Below, one piece after another: positions 38,844-47,313 of a stretch of DNA of 47,313 bases. Position 1 is the first letter of the stretch, and each line of letters starts with the position of its first letter. A program made the position numbers and the translations under genes. The notes below the pieces were generated by a model, which saw only the letters and a program-made list of their open reading frames with translations, ran no database searches and was not told the origin of the DNA. This DNA is from an uncultured Flavobacterium sp. (GTDB lineage Bacteria; Bacteroidota; Bacteroidia; Flavobacteriales; Flavobacteriaceae): positions 26,908 to 74,220 of the forward strand of contig CAZDKB010000001.1 of the NCBI GenBank assembly GCA_964505885.1. Reading direction: 5' to 3'.

Positions 38844-41800
38844 ATGAGAAGACTCGTTCTTGTAATTGCATTGACTTTTAGTTCGGTAATTCTCTACGCT
38901 CAGACGTTCAACGTAAAAGGTGTTGTAACGGATGCAGTGACTGGAGAAACCTTATTAGGGGTAAATGTTATTGTAAAAAACTCTTCCAAGGGAGATGTAA
39001 CTGATTTTGATGGAAACTATCGAATTAGTGCGGTTCCGAAAGGATCTATCTTAGTTTTTAGTTATCTAGGTTACACGACCAAAGAAGTAGTTGTAGATAA
39101 AGAAACAATCAACGTAGCGCTTGAAGAAAGTGCTGAAAAATTAGACGAGATTGTGGTCGTGGGGTACGGAACCCAGCGAAAGAAAGAAGTAACCGGTGCC
39201 GTTTCTGTTCTGGGAAGTGAGACTATCGAGAGTTTAAAACCTACTCGAGTTGAGCAAGCCTTACAAGGACAGGTAGCCGGGGTGAACATTACTCAGCAAT
39301 CAGGTGCGCCTGGTGCTGCATCCAACATTCGAATTCGTGGTATCTCTACGAATGGTAATAACAACCCGCTCATCTTAGTAGACGGAAGTGTTATTGAAGA
39401 TCTTAGTGTGATCAACCCTTCAGATATCGAATCAATCAACGTATTAAAGGATGCAACTGCTGGTATCTATGGAGTTAGGGGTGCAAATGGTGTAATCTTG
39501 ATCACAACAAAAAGAGGTCGTAAGAATACAGACTTCAAAGTGACCATGAATGCTTATGCTGGTTTCCAGCAAACCACACGTAGAATTCCATTATTAAATG
39601 CAACGGAGTATGCTTTATTAGCGAACGAAGCTTATGCAGCAAATGCTGAGCCCTTACCTTTTACTAACATTTTAGGTCTTGGTGAAGGAACAGATTGGCA
39701 AGATGCTGTATTCGACAATGCATTTCAAACAAGCACAGACATTACCGTTAATAAGGGTACTGAGAAATCAACGTACTCTTTTGGTATTTCTTACTTAAAC
39801 CAAGATGGTATTGTAATGGCTGGAAAGTCGAACTTCCAAAGAACAACTGCGAAGTTTAACTTTGACACACAGCTTACTGAAAAATTAAAATTTACATCAA
39901 CAAATCTTTACACGCGTACAGACAACAGAACCTTAGCTGAGAATGCTTTAGGATCTGTTCTATTTAATGCGGTGAACATGCCTGCAACAACGCCAGTTTA
40001 TGATGCTAATGGAGATTTATCATTGGCTCCAACAACTGGAGTAGGTATTGAGGTAGTAAATCCTGTTGCGCAGGCTGAAAACACATTCAACTTAACGAAT
40101 GTAGATCGTTTCTCTGGAGCTTATGGTTTGAACTACAAAGTTGATGACTATTTAAGTGGTGAAACAAGAATTCAGTTCAACCACTCTACAGTTAGAACTA
40201 AGTTTTACTCTCCAGAGCAATACTATGGAGGTGGAAAGGTTTTCAATACCGTAAATGATATTGCAGATCTTATTGATGGAAACAACACTTCTACTGTAGG
40301 AGAGATCAAACAAGAATTTAAAGATTACACATTTGATGCATTTATCAGATACGAAAGAGTATTTGGAGAAGATCATGATGTAAAAGCCTTAATCGGTACT
40401 TCTGTATTTAGATCTCAAGGAGTAAATCTTCAAAATGAGCTTGGATTCGGAGCAAACGGGACAAGATTCCGCGACTACTCTGTAGCAACTGCTGATAGTT
40501 CTCAAGACAACTTAGCGATTGCTGGAAGAGCTTCAAGATTCTTCGACAGTAGATTATTATCTTACTTCGCAAGAGTTCAATATACTTTCAAAGGAAAATA
40601 CTTATTATCTGCTGTTGTAAGACGTGATGGATCATCAAACTTCGGTCCTAAGAATAAATTTGGATATTTCCCAACAGGGTCTTTAGGATGGATCGCTTCA
40701 GATGAGCCTTTCTTAGAAGATAACTCTGTAATTAACTTCTTGAAGATAAGAGCAAGTTATGGTATCATCGGTAACGATAGAATTCCATCATTCCGCTTTG
40801 TATCCTTATTAAATGGAGAAGGAGAATATGTATTCAATCAACAATTAGCATTCGGACAAGCTTTAGGAGCTATTGCAAACCCAGAAATCAGATGGGAAAA
40901 GCAAAAGCCATTTGATGTTGGATTTGATATAGGTCTATTCGATAAAGTTGATATTACAGTTGACTATTTCCACAAAGAAACAGAAGACTTACTTGTAAAC
41001 CCTGAAGTATCTGGAATCTTAGGTTCTAGTGCTCCTGGTTCTGGAGGTCCGATTGTAAACGCTGGAACAGTAGTTAACCAAGGTATTGAATTCTCTATTT
41101 CTTATGGAGAAGATATTACTGACGATTTCAACTTTAATTTGAACTATAACTTTACGACCCTAGATAACGAAGTAACTTTTGTAGGTTCTGATACTGGAAT
41201 TCTTCAAGGTGGAGCTTTCGGAGTTGGACAAGAGCCACCATCAAGAATGGAGGCTGGTTTCCCAATTGGATATTTCTACGGTTTACAGACAGACGGAATC
41301 TTCCAAAATCAATCAGAAGTAAACTCACATGCAACGCAAGTGAACGCAGCTCCTGGTGATTTGAGATATGTTGATCAGAACGGAGATGGCGTGATCAACA
41401 ACAATGATAGAGTTTATATTGGAGATCCAATCGCAGATATCACAATGGGATTAAACTTGACCTTTAACTATAAGAATTTTGATTTCAACATGTATGCATT
41501 TGCATCTATCGGAAACGAGATTGTACGTAACTACGAAAGAAATCAACCATTGACCAATAGAAGTGTATACTACTTAGATCGTTGGACAGGTGAAGGAACA
41601 AGTACAACATTCCCTAGAGTAACAACTGGAGCGAATAGCAACAGTTTATTCTCTGATTTCTACGTAGAGGACGGATCTTTTGTAAGACTTCAAAATGTAC
41701 AATTAGGATATAACCTAAGTGATGATATGTTAACTAAAATAGGATTCGACAAGGCAAGAATTTATCTTTCTGCTACCAACCTGTTTACCTTAACTGAATA

Positions 41801-41912
41801 TAGAGGTTTCGATCCAACTACTTCAAATGGTGCGCCAATTGGAGGTGGTATCGATCAAGGATTCTATCCTACGCCGAAGACATTCTTATTAGGATTCAAT
41901 GTTAATTTTTAA
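38844..41912 (+). CDS. susC: SusC/RagA TonB-dependent transporter
   Basis: CarboxypepD_reg-like N-domain, VVVGYG, IRIRG, DIESINVLKDA, YGVRGANGVILITTK, terminal Phe. Confidence 0.97.
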   Translation: MRRLVLVIALTFSSVILYAQTFNVKGVVTDAVTGETLLGVNVIVKNSSKGDVTDFDGNYRISAVPKGSILVFSYLGYTTKEVVVDKETINVALEESAEKLDEIVVVGYGTQRKKEVTGAVSVLGSETIESLKPTRVEQALQGQVAGVNITQQSGAPGAASNIRIRGISTNGNNNPLILVDGSVIEDLSVINPSDIESINVLKDATAGIYGVRGANGVILITTKRGRKNTDFKVTMNAYAGFQQTTRRIPLLNATEYALLANEAYAANAEPLPFTNILGLGEGTDWQDAVFDNAFQTSTDITVNKGTEKSTYSFGISYLNQDGIVMAGKSNFQRTTAKFNFDTQLTEKLKFTSTNLYTRTDNRTLAENALGSVLFNAVNMPATTPVYDANGDLSLAPTTGVGIEVVNPVAQAENTFNLTNVDRFSGAYGLNYKVDDYLSGETRIQFNHSTVRTKFYSPEQYYGGGKVFNTVNDIADLIDGNNTSTVGEIKQEFKDYTFDAFIRYERVFGEDHDVKALIGTSVFRSQGVNLQNELGFGANGTRFRDYSVATADSSQDNLAIAGRASRFFDSRLLSYFARVQYTFKGKYLLSAVVRRDGSSNFGPKNKFGYFPTGSLGWIASDEPFLEDNSVINFLKIRASYGIIGNDRIPSFRFVSLLNGEGEYVFNQQLAFGQALGAIANPEIRWEKQKPFDVGFDIGLFDKVDITVDYFHKETEDLLVNPEVSGILGSSAPGSGGPIVNAGTVVNQGIEFSISYGEDITDDFNFNLNYNFTTLDNEVTFVGSDTGILQGGAFGVGQEPPSRMEAGFPIGYFYGLQTDGIFQNQSEVNSHATQVNAAPGDLRYVDQNGDGVINNNDRVYIGDPIADITMGLNLTFNYKNFDFNMYAFASIGNEIVRNYERNQPLTNRSVYYLDRWTGEGTSTTFPRVTTGANSNSLFSDFYVEDGSFVRLQNVQLGYNLSDDMLTKIGFDKARIYLSATNLFTLTEYRGFDPTTSNGAPIGGGIDQGFYPTPKTFLLGFNVNF

Positions 41913-41922
41913 AAGAAGAAAA

Positions 41923-43395
41923 ATGAAAAAATTATATTTAAAAATTTCAGTAGTACTTCTGTCTTTCACCATGATCACATCGTGTAGTGATGATTTCATT
42001 GATGTTGAGTCTGGTGATGTAACTTCAGACAACTTTTTTACCTCAGAAGCAGATTATCAAGCAGCCTTAGTGGGAGCATATGATCTTTTACAGGCTTCTT
42101 ATATTAATGTTATGCTTGGAGAGATTGCTTCAGACAACACGTTAGCAGGGGGTGAAAGTGCGACAGACGTAATTGGTATTCAAGAGATAGATGATATGAT
42201 TCACACTCCCGTGAATTCAAATCTAAGAGATATTTGGAACTGGATGTTTGCCGGTGTAAACAGAGCAAACTTCATTTTAGAGTTCCAAGATAAAACCGAT
42301 TTTAACGGTAGAGAACAAGTAATAGCTCAGGCAAGATTCTTAAGAGCATATTACTATTTTGAATTAGTAAAATGGTTCGGTGCAGTTCCGTTATCTGTAG
42401 ATAAGCAAATCTTATTTGGAGAAGAGACCGCTGCTGAAAGAACTCCTGTGAGTGAAATTTATGCTCAAATTGAAGCTGATCTTCAGTATGCAGCAGATAA
42501 TTTACCTTATGTTCAATCAGAAGCAGGTAGAGTTACAAAAGGAGCTGCACAAGCTTTATTAGGTAAAGCCTATCTTTATCAAGATAAATTTTCAGAAGCT
42601 GCAACCACATTAGAGAATTTGATCAACGCTGGGCCTTATAGCTTAGCCTCTGATTATGCCTCTATCTGGGAAGAAGAAGGAGAGAACGGTCCTGGTTCTA
42701 TTTTCGAGATTCAGTATACTGATGAGCAAGGAGCTGGTTTCGGATGTTTACAGTGTTCTGAAGGAAATGTTGCTGTAGGTTTCAACGGTGTAAGAAATTA
42801 TGATGGTCCAGATTTTACTTCTGGGTTTAGTTTCAACGTACCTGTGCAAGAAGCTTACGACGCTTTCGAAACGGACGATCCAAGAAGAGATATTGCTATT
42901 TTAGATATCGATGCATGGGCAACACAAACAGGTGCGACTTACGGTACAGGTTTTGAGCACACAGGATTCTTCAATAGAAAATATATTCCTAGAAAAAGAA
43001 GCACAACTGCTCAAGGTGATTTGAATTTGACAAATCCAAACAATTATAGAGCAATTAGATATGCTGATGTACTTCTTATGGCTGCTGAAGCTTTAAATAG
43101 AGGTGGAATTAGCGACGCTAGAGCATTGGATTATTTGAACCAAGTAAGAAGAAGAGGATTTGGAGATATGAATCATGATATCACATCTTCAGGATCTGCA
43201 TTAACAACCTCTATTTACAATGAAAGAAGAATAGAGCTTGTAGGAGAAGGACACAGATTTTTTGATCTGGTAAGAACAGGAAGAGCTGCTGCAGAAATCC
43301 CTGGCTTTGTTTCTGGAAAACATGAATTATTTCCAATTCCAGATATCGAAATTCAGTTAGCAGGTAATAATTGGGCTCAAAATCCAGGATACTAA
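41923..43395 (+). CDS. susD: SusD/RagB lipoprotein
   Basis: Lipobox ITSC; FLRAYYYF, RYADVLLMAAEA, ERRIEL..EGHRFFDL, QNPGY; start MKKLY. Confidence 0.96.
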   Translation: MKKLYLKISVVLLSFTMITSCSDDFIDVESGDVTSDNFFTSEADYQAALVGAYDLLQASYINVMLGEIASDNTLAGGESATDVIGIQEIDDMIHTPVNSNLRDIWNWMFAGVNRANFILEFQDKTDFNGREQVIAQARFLRAYYYFELVKWFGAVPLSVDKQILFGEETAAERTPVSEIYAQIEADLQYAADNLPYVQSEAGRVTKGAAQALLGKAYLYQDKFSEAATTLENLINAGPYSLASDYASIWEEEGENGPGSIFEIQYTDEQGAGFGCLQCSEGNVAVGFNGVRNYDGPDFTSGFSFNVPVQEAYDAFETDDPRRDIAILDIDAWATQTGATYGTGFEHTGFFNRKYIPRKRSTTAQGDLNLTNPNNYRAIRYADVLLMAAEALNRGGISDARALDYLNQVRRRGFGDMNHDITSSGSALTTSIYNERRIELVGEGHRFFDLVRTGRAAAEIPGFVSGKHELFPIPDIEIQLAGNNWAQNPGY

Positions 43396-43404
43396 AAAAC
43401 GATT

Positions 43405-45600
43405 ATGATGAAATATTTAAAGAAAATACTTAATCCGCTATTGGTCTTATTAGTAATGATAAGCTGTGAGGATAGTGTAGATTTAAGTTTTGTAGATGAA
43501 GCGGCGTTACCAATTGAAATTACTGCTGCTTACAATATTACACAGGATAACACTGGTTTGGTTACCATAACCCCAGCTGCTAGAAATGCTGTATCGTTCG
43601 AAGTTTATTTTGGCGATGGTACAGACGACCCAGCGGTTCTTTTACCTGGTGAAGGAGCTGACCATATTTTCGCAGAGGGTACTTATTCGGTTAGAATTGT
43701 AGCGTATAATGTGAATGGAGAAAGCAACGAAGCTTCACAGCAATTAGTTGTTTCTTTTCAGGCACCTTCTAACCTTGTTGTAGTCATTGAAAACGACGCA
43801 AACATTTCTAAACAAGTTAATGTTACCGTTAATGCTGATTTTGCTACGATGTATGACTTCTATACAGGAGACCCTGCATCAACTGATCCAGTAAGCGGGA
43901 ACATCGGTGATACCGTTTCTTATCAATATCCATCTGCTGGAACTTACTCTTTGAGAGTTGTAGTTAAAGGGGCGGCTATTGAGGTTACAGAATATACTGT
44001 AGACTTTGAAGTAACAGAAATTCTTTCACCATTAGATACTGCAAACACTCCACCACCTAGAAATGCCACAGACGTTGTTTCTATCTTTAGTGATGCTTAT
44101 GATGACGTTACTTTAGATGAATTACCAACAACCTGGTCTGGTATCGGAGGATTCGAAGCAACAACAGTTGACTCTGACAATGTTTGGAAAATAACATCTG
44201 TAGACTTTATGGGAATTGTTACAAACTATGCTGCAGGAGTTGATCTTTCTCAAATGGAAATGATGCATATTGATTATTGGGTTCCACAAGGACAAACCAA
44301 TGAATTACTTATGAAGATCGTAAACACTGTTGATGGTGGAGAAGATATCGCTTCTTTCGGAACTACAGTCGACGGATCTTGGCAAAGTATTGACATTCCG
44401 ATGACAGAATTTGATCAAGGAGATCTAGCGAATAAAGAAAAGATCACGCAATTGATCTTCGATTCTGATGGAGTTTCTCCTGTAGTTTACCTAGATAACT
44501 TCTATTTCTGGAAAGCCCCAGCTGGAGCTTCACCTCCAATCTTATCTGATGATTTTGAAGGAGCTGGATTAGGATGGACTGGTGATGCTGCGGGAGCAAA
44601 TGTGATTGCAAACCCTGCAAACAATGCAGGAAACTTCTCTGAAAATGTATTAGAATATACCGATACAGGAGGGCAATTCGCCAATGTTCAGTTTACAGGG
44701 CCACAGAAATTTGATTTGATGAATGGTCAGAGTGTATTCTCTATCAAGATTTATGTTCCATCTTCAAGTGTTACTGGTACTCAAAACAACCAAGTATCCT
44801 TGAAATTACAGAACAGTGATTTAGGAGGAAATTCTTGGCAAACTCAAACTGAGATTATAAAGGATATTGTCTTAGACCAATGGCAGACAGTAACATTCGA
44901 CTTTGTGAATGACAACTGGATCAATATCAATTTCACAGGAACAGATCCTGATCCTGTAGATCGTACAGATCTTGATAAAGTAGTAATTCAAGTAAATGGC
45001 GAGAATAACAACGATAATGTAACTGCTTATATCGACGATTTCTATTACGGGCTCGCTCAGATTCCAGAACTTCCTCCATTTGTTAAAGATGGGTTTGAAG
45101 GGTTTGGTAATATTACAACTTGGGCTGGTGATGCCGCTGGAGCGGATACTGCATTTGCAAATCCATTCGTAGATGCTGGTAACAACTCAGCGACTGTATT
45201 AGAATATACAGATACTGGTGGAACATTCGCGAATGTTCAATTTACAGCAGGACAGAAATTCAATATTGCAGACAAGAGTACTTTCTCTATAAAAATCTAT
45301 GTTCCTTCATCTAGTATAACTGGAACTCAGAACAATCAAGTTTCACTCAAGCTACAGAATAGTGATTTAGGTGGTAACTCATGGCAAACACAAACAGAAA
45401 TTGTGAAGAATATCGTGTTAGATCAGTGGCAAATTTTAACTTTTGACTTTGTCAATGATAACTGGATGAACATCAACTTTACAGGAACAGATCCAGATCC
45501 AATTGATCGTACGGACCTAGACAAGGTAGTGATCCAAGTTAATGGTGAAAATAATGGTGACCATGTAACGGCTTACATTGATAATGTTGACTACTATTAA
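43405..45600 (+). CDS. Surface glycan-binding lipoprotein (PKD-like plus CBM-like domains, two tandem C-terminal repeats)
   Basis: Lipobox ISC; YFGDG PKD-like motif; VSIFSDAY; duplicated ~170-aa domain. Confidence 0.8.
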   Translation: MMKYLKKILNPLLVLLVMISCEDSVDLSFVDEAALPIEITAAYNITQDNTGLVTITPAARNAVSFEVYFGDGTDDPAVLLPGEGADHIFAEGTYSVRIVAYNVNGESNEASQQLVVSFQAPSNLVVVIENDANISKQVNVTVNADFATMYDFYTGDPASTDPVSGNIGDTVSYQYPSAGTYSLRVVVKGAAIEVTEYTVDFEVTEILSPLDTANTPPPRNATDVVSIFSDAYDDVTLDELPTTWSGIGGFEATTVDSDNVWKITSVDFMGIVTNYAAGVDLSQMEMMHIDYWVPQGQTNELLMKIVNTVDGGEDIASFGTTVDGSWQSIDIPMTEFDQGDLANKEKITQLIFDSDGVSPVVYLDNFYFWKAPAGASPPILSDDFEGAGLGWTGDAAGANVIANPANNAGNFSENVLEYTDTGGQFANVQFTGPQKFDLMNGQSVFSIKIYVPSSSVTGTQNNQVSLKLQNSDLGGNSWQTQTEIIKDIVLDQWQTVTFDFVNDNWININFTGTDPDPVDRTDLDKVVIQVNGENNNDNVTAYIDDFYYGLAQIPELPPFVKDGFEGFGNITTWAGDAAGADTAFANPFVDAGNNSATVLEYTDTGGTFANVQFTAGQKFNIADKSTFSIKIYVPSSSITGTQNNQVSLKLQNSDLGGNSWQTQTEIVKNIVLDQWQILTFDFVNDNWMNINFTGTDPDPIDRTDLDKVVIQVNGENNGDHVTAYIDNVDYY
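44548..45597 (+). repeat. Intragenic tandem domain duplication (44548-45048 and 45088-45597)
   Basis: Both copies contain TGTQNNQVSLKLQNSDLGGNSWQTQTEI and DRTDLDKVVIQVNGENN. Confidence 0.92.
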
Positions 45601-45603
45601 AAT

Positions 45604-46551
45604 ATGATTATTATGAAAAATTTTAAATATATCCTTAGTATACTAGTCTTAACTACCCTTGTTTTTGTGGGCTGTCAAGATGAAGATCAAGTATTTGGCG
45701 ACATTTTAGCTCCAAGTAATATTCAGATTTCAGCTGTTATTGAAGGAGCAGACGCAAATAATCCTAACGGAGATGGGTCTGGAGTTGTGCATTTCACAGC
45801 TACAGCAGATGATGCGATTACATTTACCTATGTGTACAATGGATCTCGTACAGCCTCTCCATCGGGAATGCAATCGTATAGTTTTGCTAATTTAGGAGTG
45901 AACACCTACACAGTAACTGTTGTTGCTGTGGGTACAGGTGGGGCTTCTTCATCAGCAAGTATTCAGGTTGATGTATTATCTACCTACTCACCACCACCAG
46001 CTTTATTAGACAAGTTACATGGTGGTGCCACGAAGACTTGGAGAATCAAAGAAGAAAGTGATAGCCACTTTGGTCTTGGACCTCCTCCAAGTAATCCAGA
46101 TTTTCAAAATTTCTTCGGACAGTGGTTTAGTGCAGGTTCTGGTACAAAAGCAGGTGTAGGAATGTATAATGATCGTTATATCTTTAACGTAGATGGAACA
46201 TTTACTCACATCACGGATGCTACTAATGATTCTGGAGGTAATGATCCAACCGGTGATATTTTCGGAAGAGATCCATTAATCTATAATGATCTTGGAAATA
46301 GTGGTGCGGGTACTATTGACGGTGCAGACGTATTGAACTTCCCTTGGGATGACTATAACGAAAACTGGTTCTTAACAGCTCCAGGTGGTGTTGAAACCTT
46401 AAATTTAACTGGTGATGGATTCATCGGATATTATACAGGTGGTGATCACACTTATAAAATCTTTGATAGAAGTGTCCCTGGTGAACTTGTTCTAAATACA
46501 ATAGATGGAAATGGCGAATTTACTTGGTGGTTTACAATTGTAGATTATTAA
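45604..46551 (+). CDS. PKD-like surface lipoprotein of PUL (laminarin-PUL type)
   Basis: Lipobox VGC; NPNGDGSGVVHF, KTWR...HFGLGP, GFIGYY. Confidence 0.75.
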   Translation: MIIMKNFKYILSILVLTTLVFVGCQDEDQVFGDILAPSNIQISAVIEGADANNPNGDGSGVVHFTATADDAITFTYVYNGSRTASPSGMQSYSFANLGVNTYTVTVVAVGTGGASSSASIQVDVLSTYSPPPALLDKLHGGATKTWRIKEESDSHFGLGPPPSNPDFQNFFGQWFSAGSGTKAGVGMYNDRYIFNVDGTFTHITDATNDSGGNDPTGDIFGRDPLIYNDLGNSGAGTIDGADVLNFPWDDYNENWFLTAPGGVETLNLTGDGFIGYYTGGDHTYKIFDRSVPGELVLNTIDGNGEFTWWFTIVDY

Positions 46552-46577
46552 AAAAAAGTAAGTTTACAACAATAATT

Positions 46578-46617
46578 AAACTCCTTTTTCTTGTTTGAAA
46601 AAGGAGTTTTTTCTTTT
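46578..46617 (+). terminator. Intrinsic terminator ending the susCD unit
   Basis: AAACTCCTTTTTC-TTGTTT-GAAAAAGGAGTTT plus T-tract. Confidence 0.88.
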
Positions 46618-46804
46618 GTTGAGGTCTCTTAAAATACCCTACAATCTCGTATAGTTTTTCAATTCTAACAAAACTTTCACTATACACATTAAAGTAATTT
46701 CCTTATTTTTAGCCATCTCTAGAGATTTAACAACCCCTACAAAGTCCACTTTCGATTTCACTGAAATGAACTATGTAAATGATTATAACGCCTAAATGTA
46801 AGTG

Positions 46805-47313
46805 ATGTTTAAGAGACTTATTTCCTTTTTATTTATTCTGATATCCAGTTCTGCTCTTGCTCAAGAACTACCTCCAATCGAGACCTTTATGCCAGAGATT
46901 TATGGAGCAGAAGATCAAAATTGGGCGATAACTCAAAGTACGGATCAATCAATTTTTATAGCTAATAATAAAGGGTTGTTAAGCTATAACGGTGCAAAAT
47001 GGAAGCTTTATAATAGTCCCAATTCATCAATTACCAGATCGGTAAAGTATATCGATGGAAAAGTGTTCACGGGTTGTTATATGGACTTCGGGTTTTGGGA
47101 AACAGATAAATTCGGCACTCTTCAATACACTTCTTTGGTTAAAGAAAAAGGTTTACAACTCAAAGAAGACGAAGAATTCTGGAACATTCTCAAACTTGAA
47201 CAATACATCCTATTTCAATCTTTAGATCGTATTTACATATACAATACACGAAGTAGTGAGTTCAACATCATTGAATCTGAGACCAGAATTACTAAGATTT
47301 ATAAAGTTGAGAA
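46805..47313 (+). CDS. Partial periplasmic beta-propeller sensor / PUL regulator (Y_Y_Y-LuxR type), runs off window end
   Basis: Manual translation MFKRLISF...AQELPPIETF...YGAEDQNWAITQ...ANNKGLLSYNGAKW...TGCYMDFGFW...EEFWNI; open to the window end; not in ORF track. Confidence 0.8.
   Translation, partial: MFKRLISFLFILISSSALAQELPPIETFMPEIYGAEDQNWAITQSTDQSIFIANNKGLLSYNGAKWKLYNSPNSSITRSVKYIDGKVFTGCYMDFGFWETDKFGTLQYTSLVKEKGLQLKEDEEFWNILKLEQYILFQSLDRIYIYNTRSSEFNIIESETRITKIYKVE

Noticed and set aside
1815-46209. Many short ORF-track entries antisense or out of frame within long genes (e.g. 1815-2042, 7334-7636, 9491-9760, 27437-27751, 39071-39289)
   Set aside because: Fully nested in well-supported genes, with no motifs; shadow ORFs
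1-47313. CRISPR arrays, tRNA/rRNA genes, transposases, integrases, prophage genes
   Set aside because: None seen; spacers are short and no periodic repeats or such ORFs were found by eye

Overview
AT-rich chromosomal window from a Flavobacteriaceae-type (Bacteroidota) genome, judged from TAnnTTTG -7 promoters, SusC/SusD and a T9SS-type C-terminal domain; a marine lineage is likely but inferred. In order: 5' end of leuS, DUF2911, feoAB with a Fur-box palindrome, SCO, rseP, a biotin cluster (bioF-bioD-bioA ... bioB), assorted housekeeping genes, two membrane-anchored AraC regulator + secreted cargo modules, a DUF1800/DUF1501 pair, metG, an IorAB-like molybdoenzyme with XdhC/MocA, and a SusCD + two surface-lipoprotein module followed by a partial propeller-type regulator. 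The best candidate for an undescribed system is the biotin cluster. It has no recognisable pimelate-synthesis gene (bioC/H/G/W/Z/I/E) in the window but contains a FabF-like ketosynthase with Arg at the acyl-pocket gate position (E. coli FabF Ile108) and an adjacent JmjC dioxygenase, suggesting an alternative route to the pimeloyl precursor. Other notable items: an unannotated 59-aa zinc-ribbon ORF, a palindrome shared by both AraC modules, a Tat + T9SS dual-signal protein and a synonymously diverged tandem domain duplication. All assignments come from motif recognition by eye; no searches were run.
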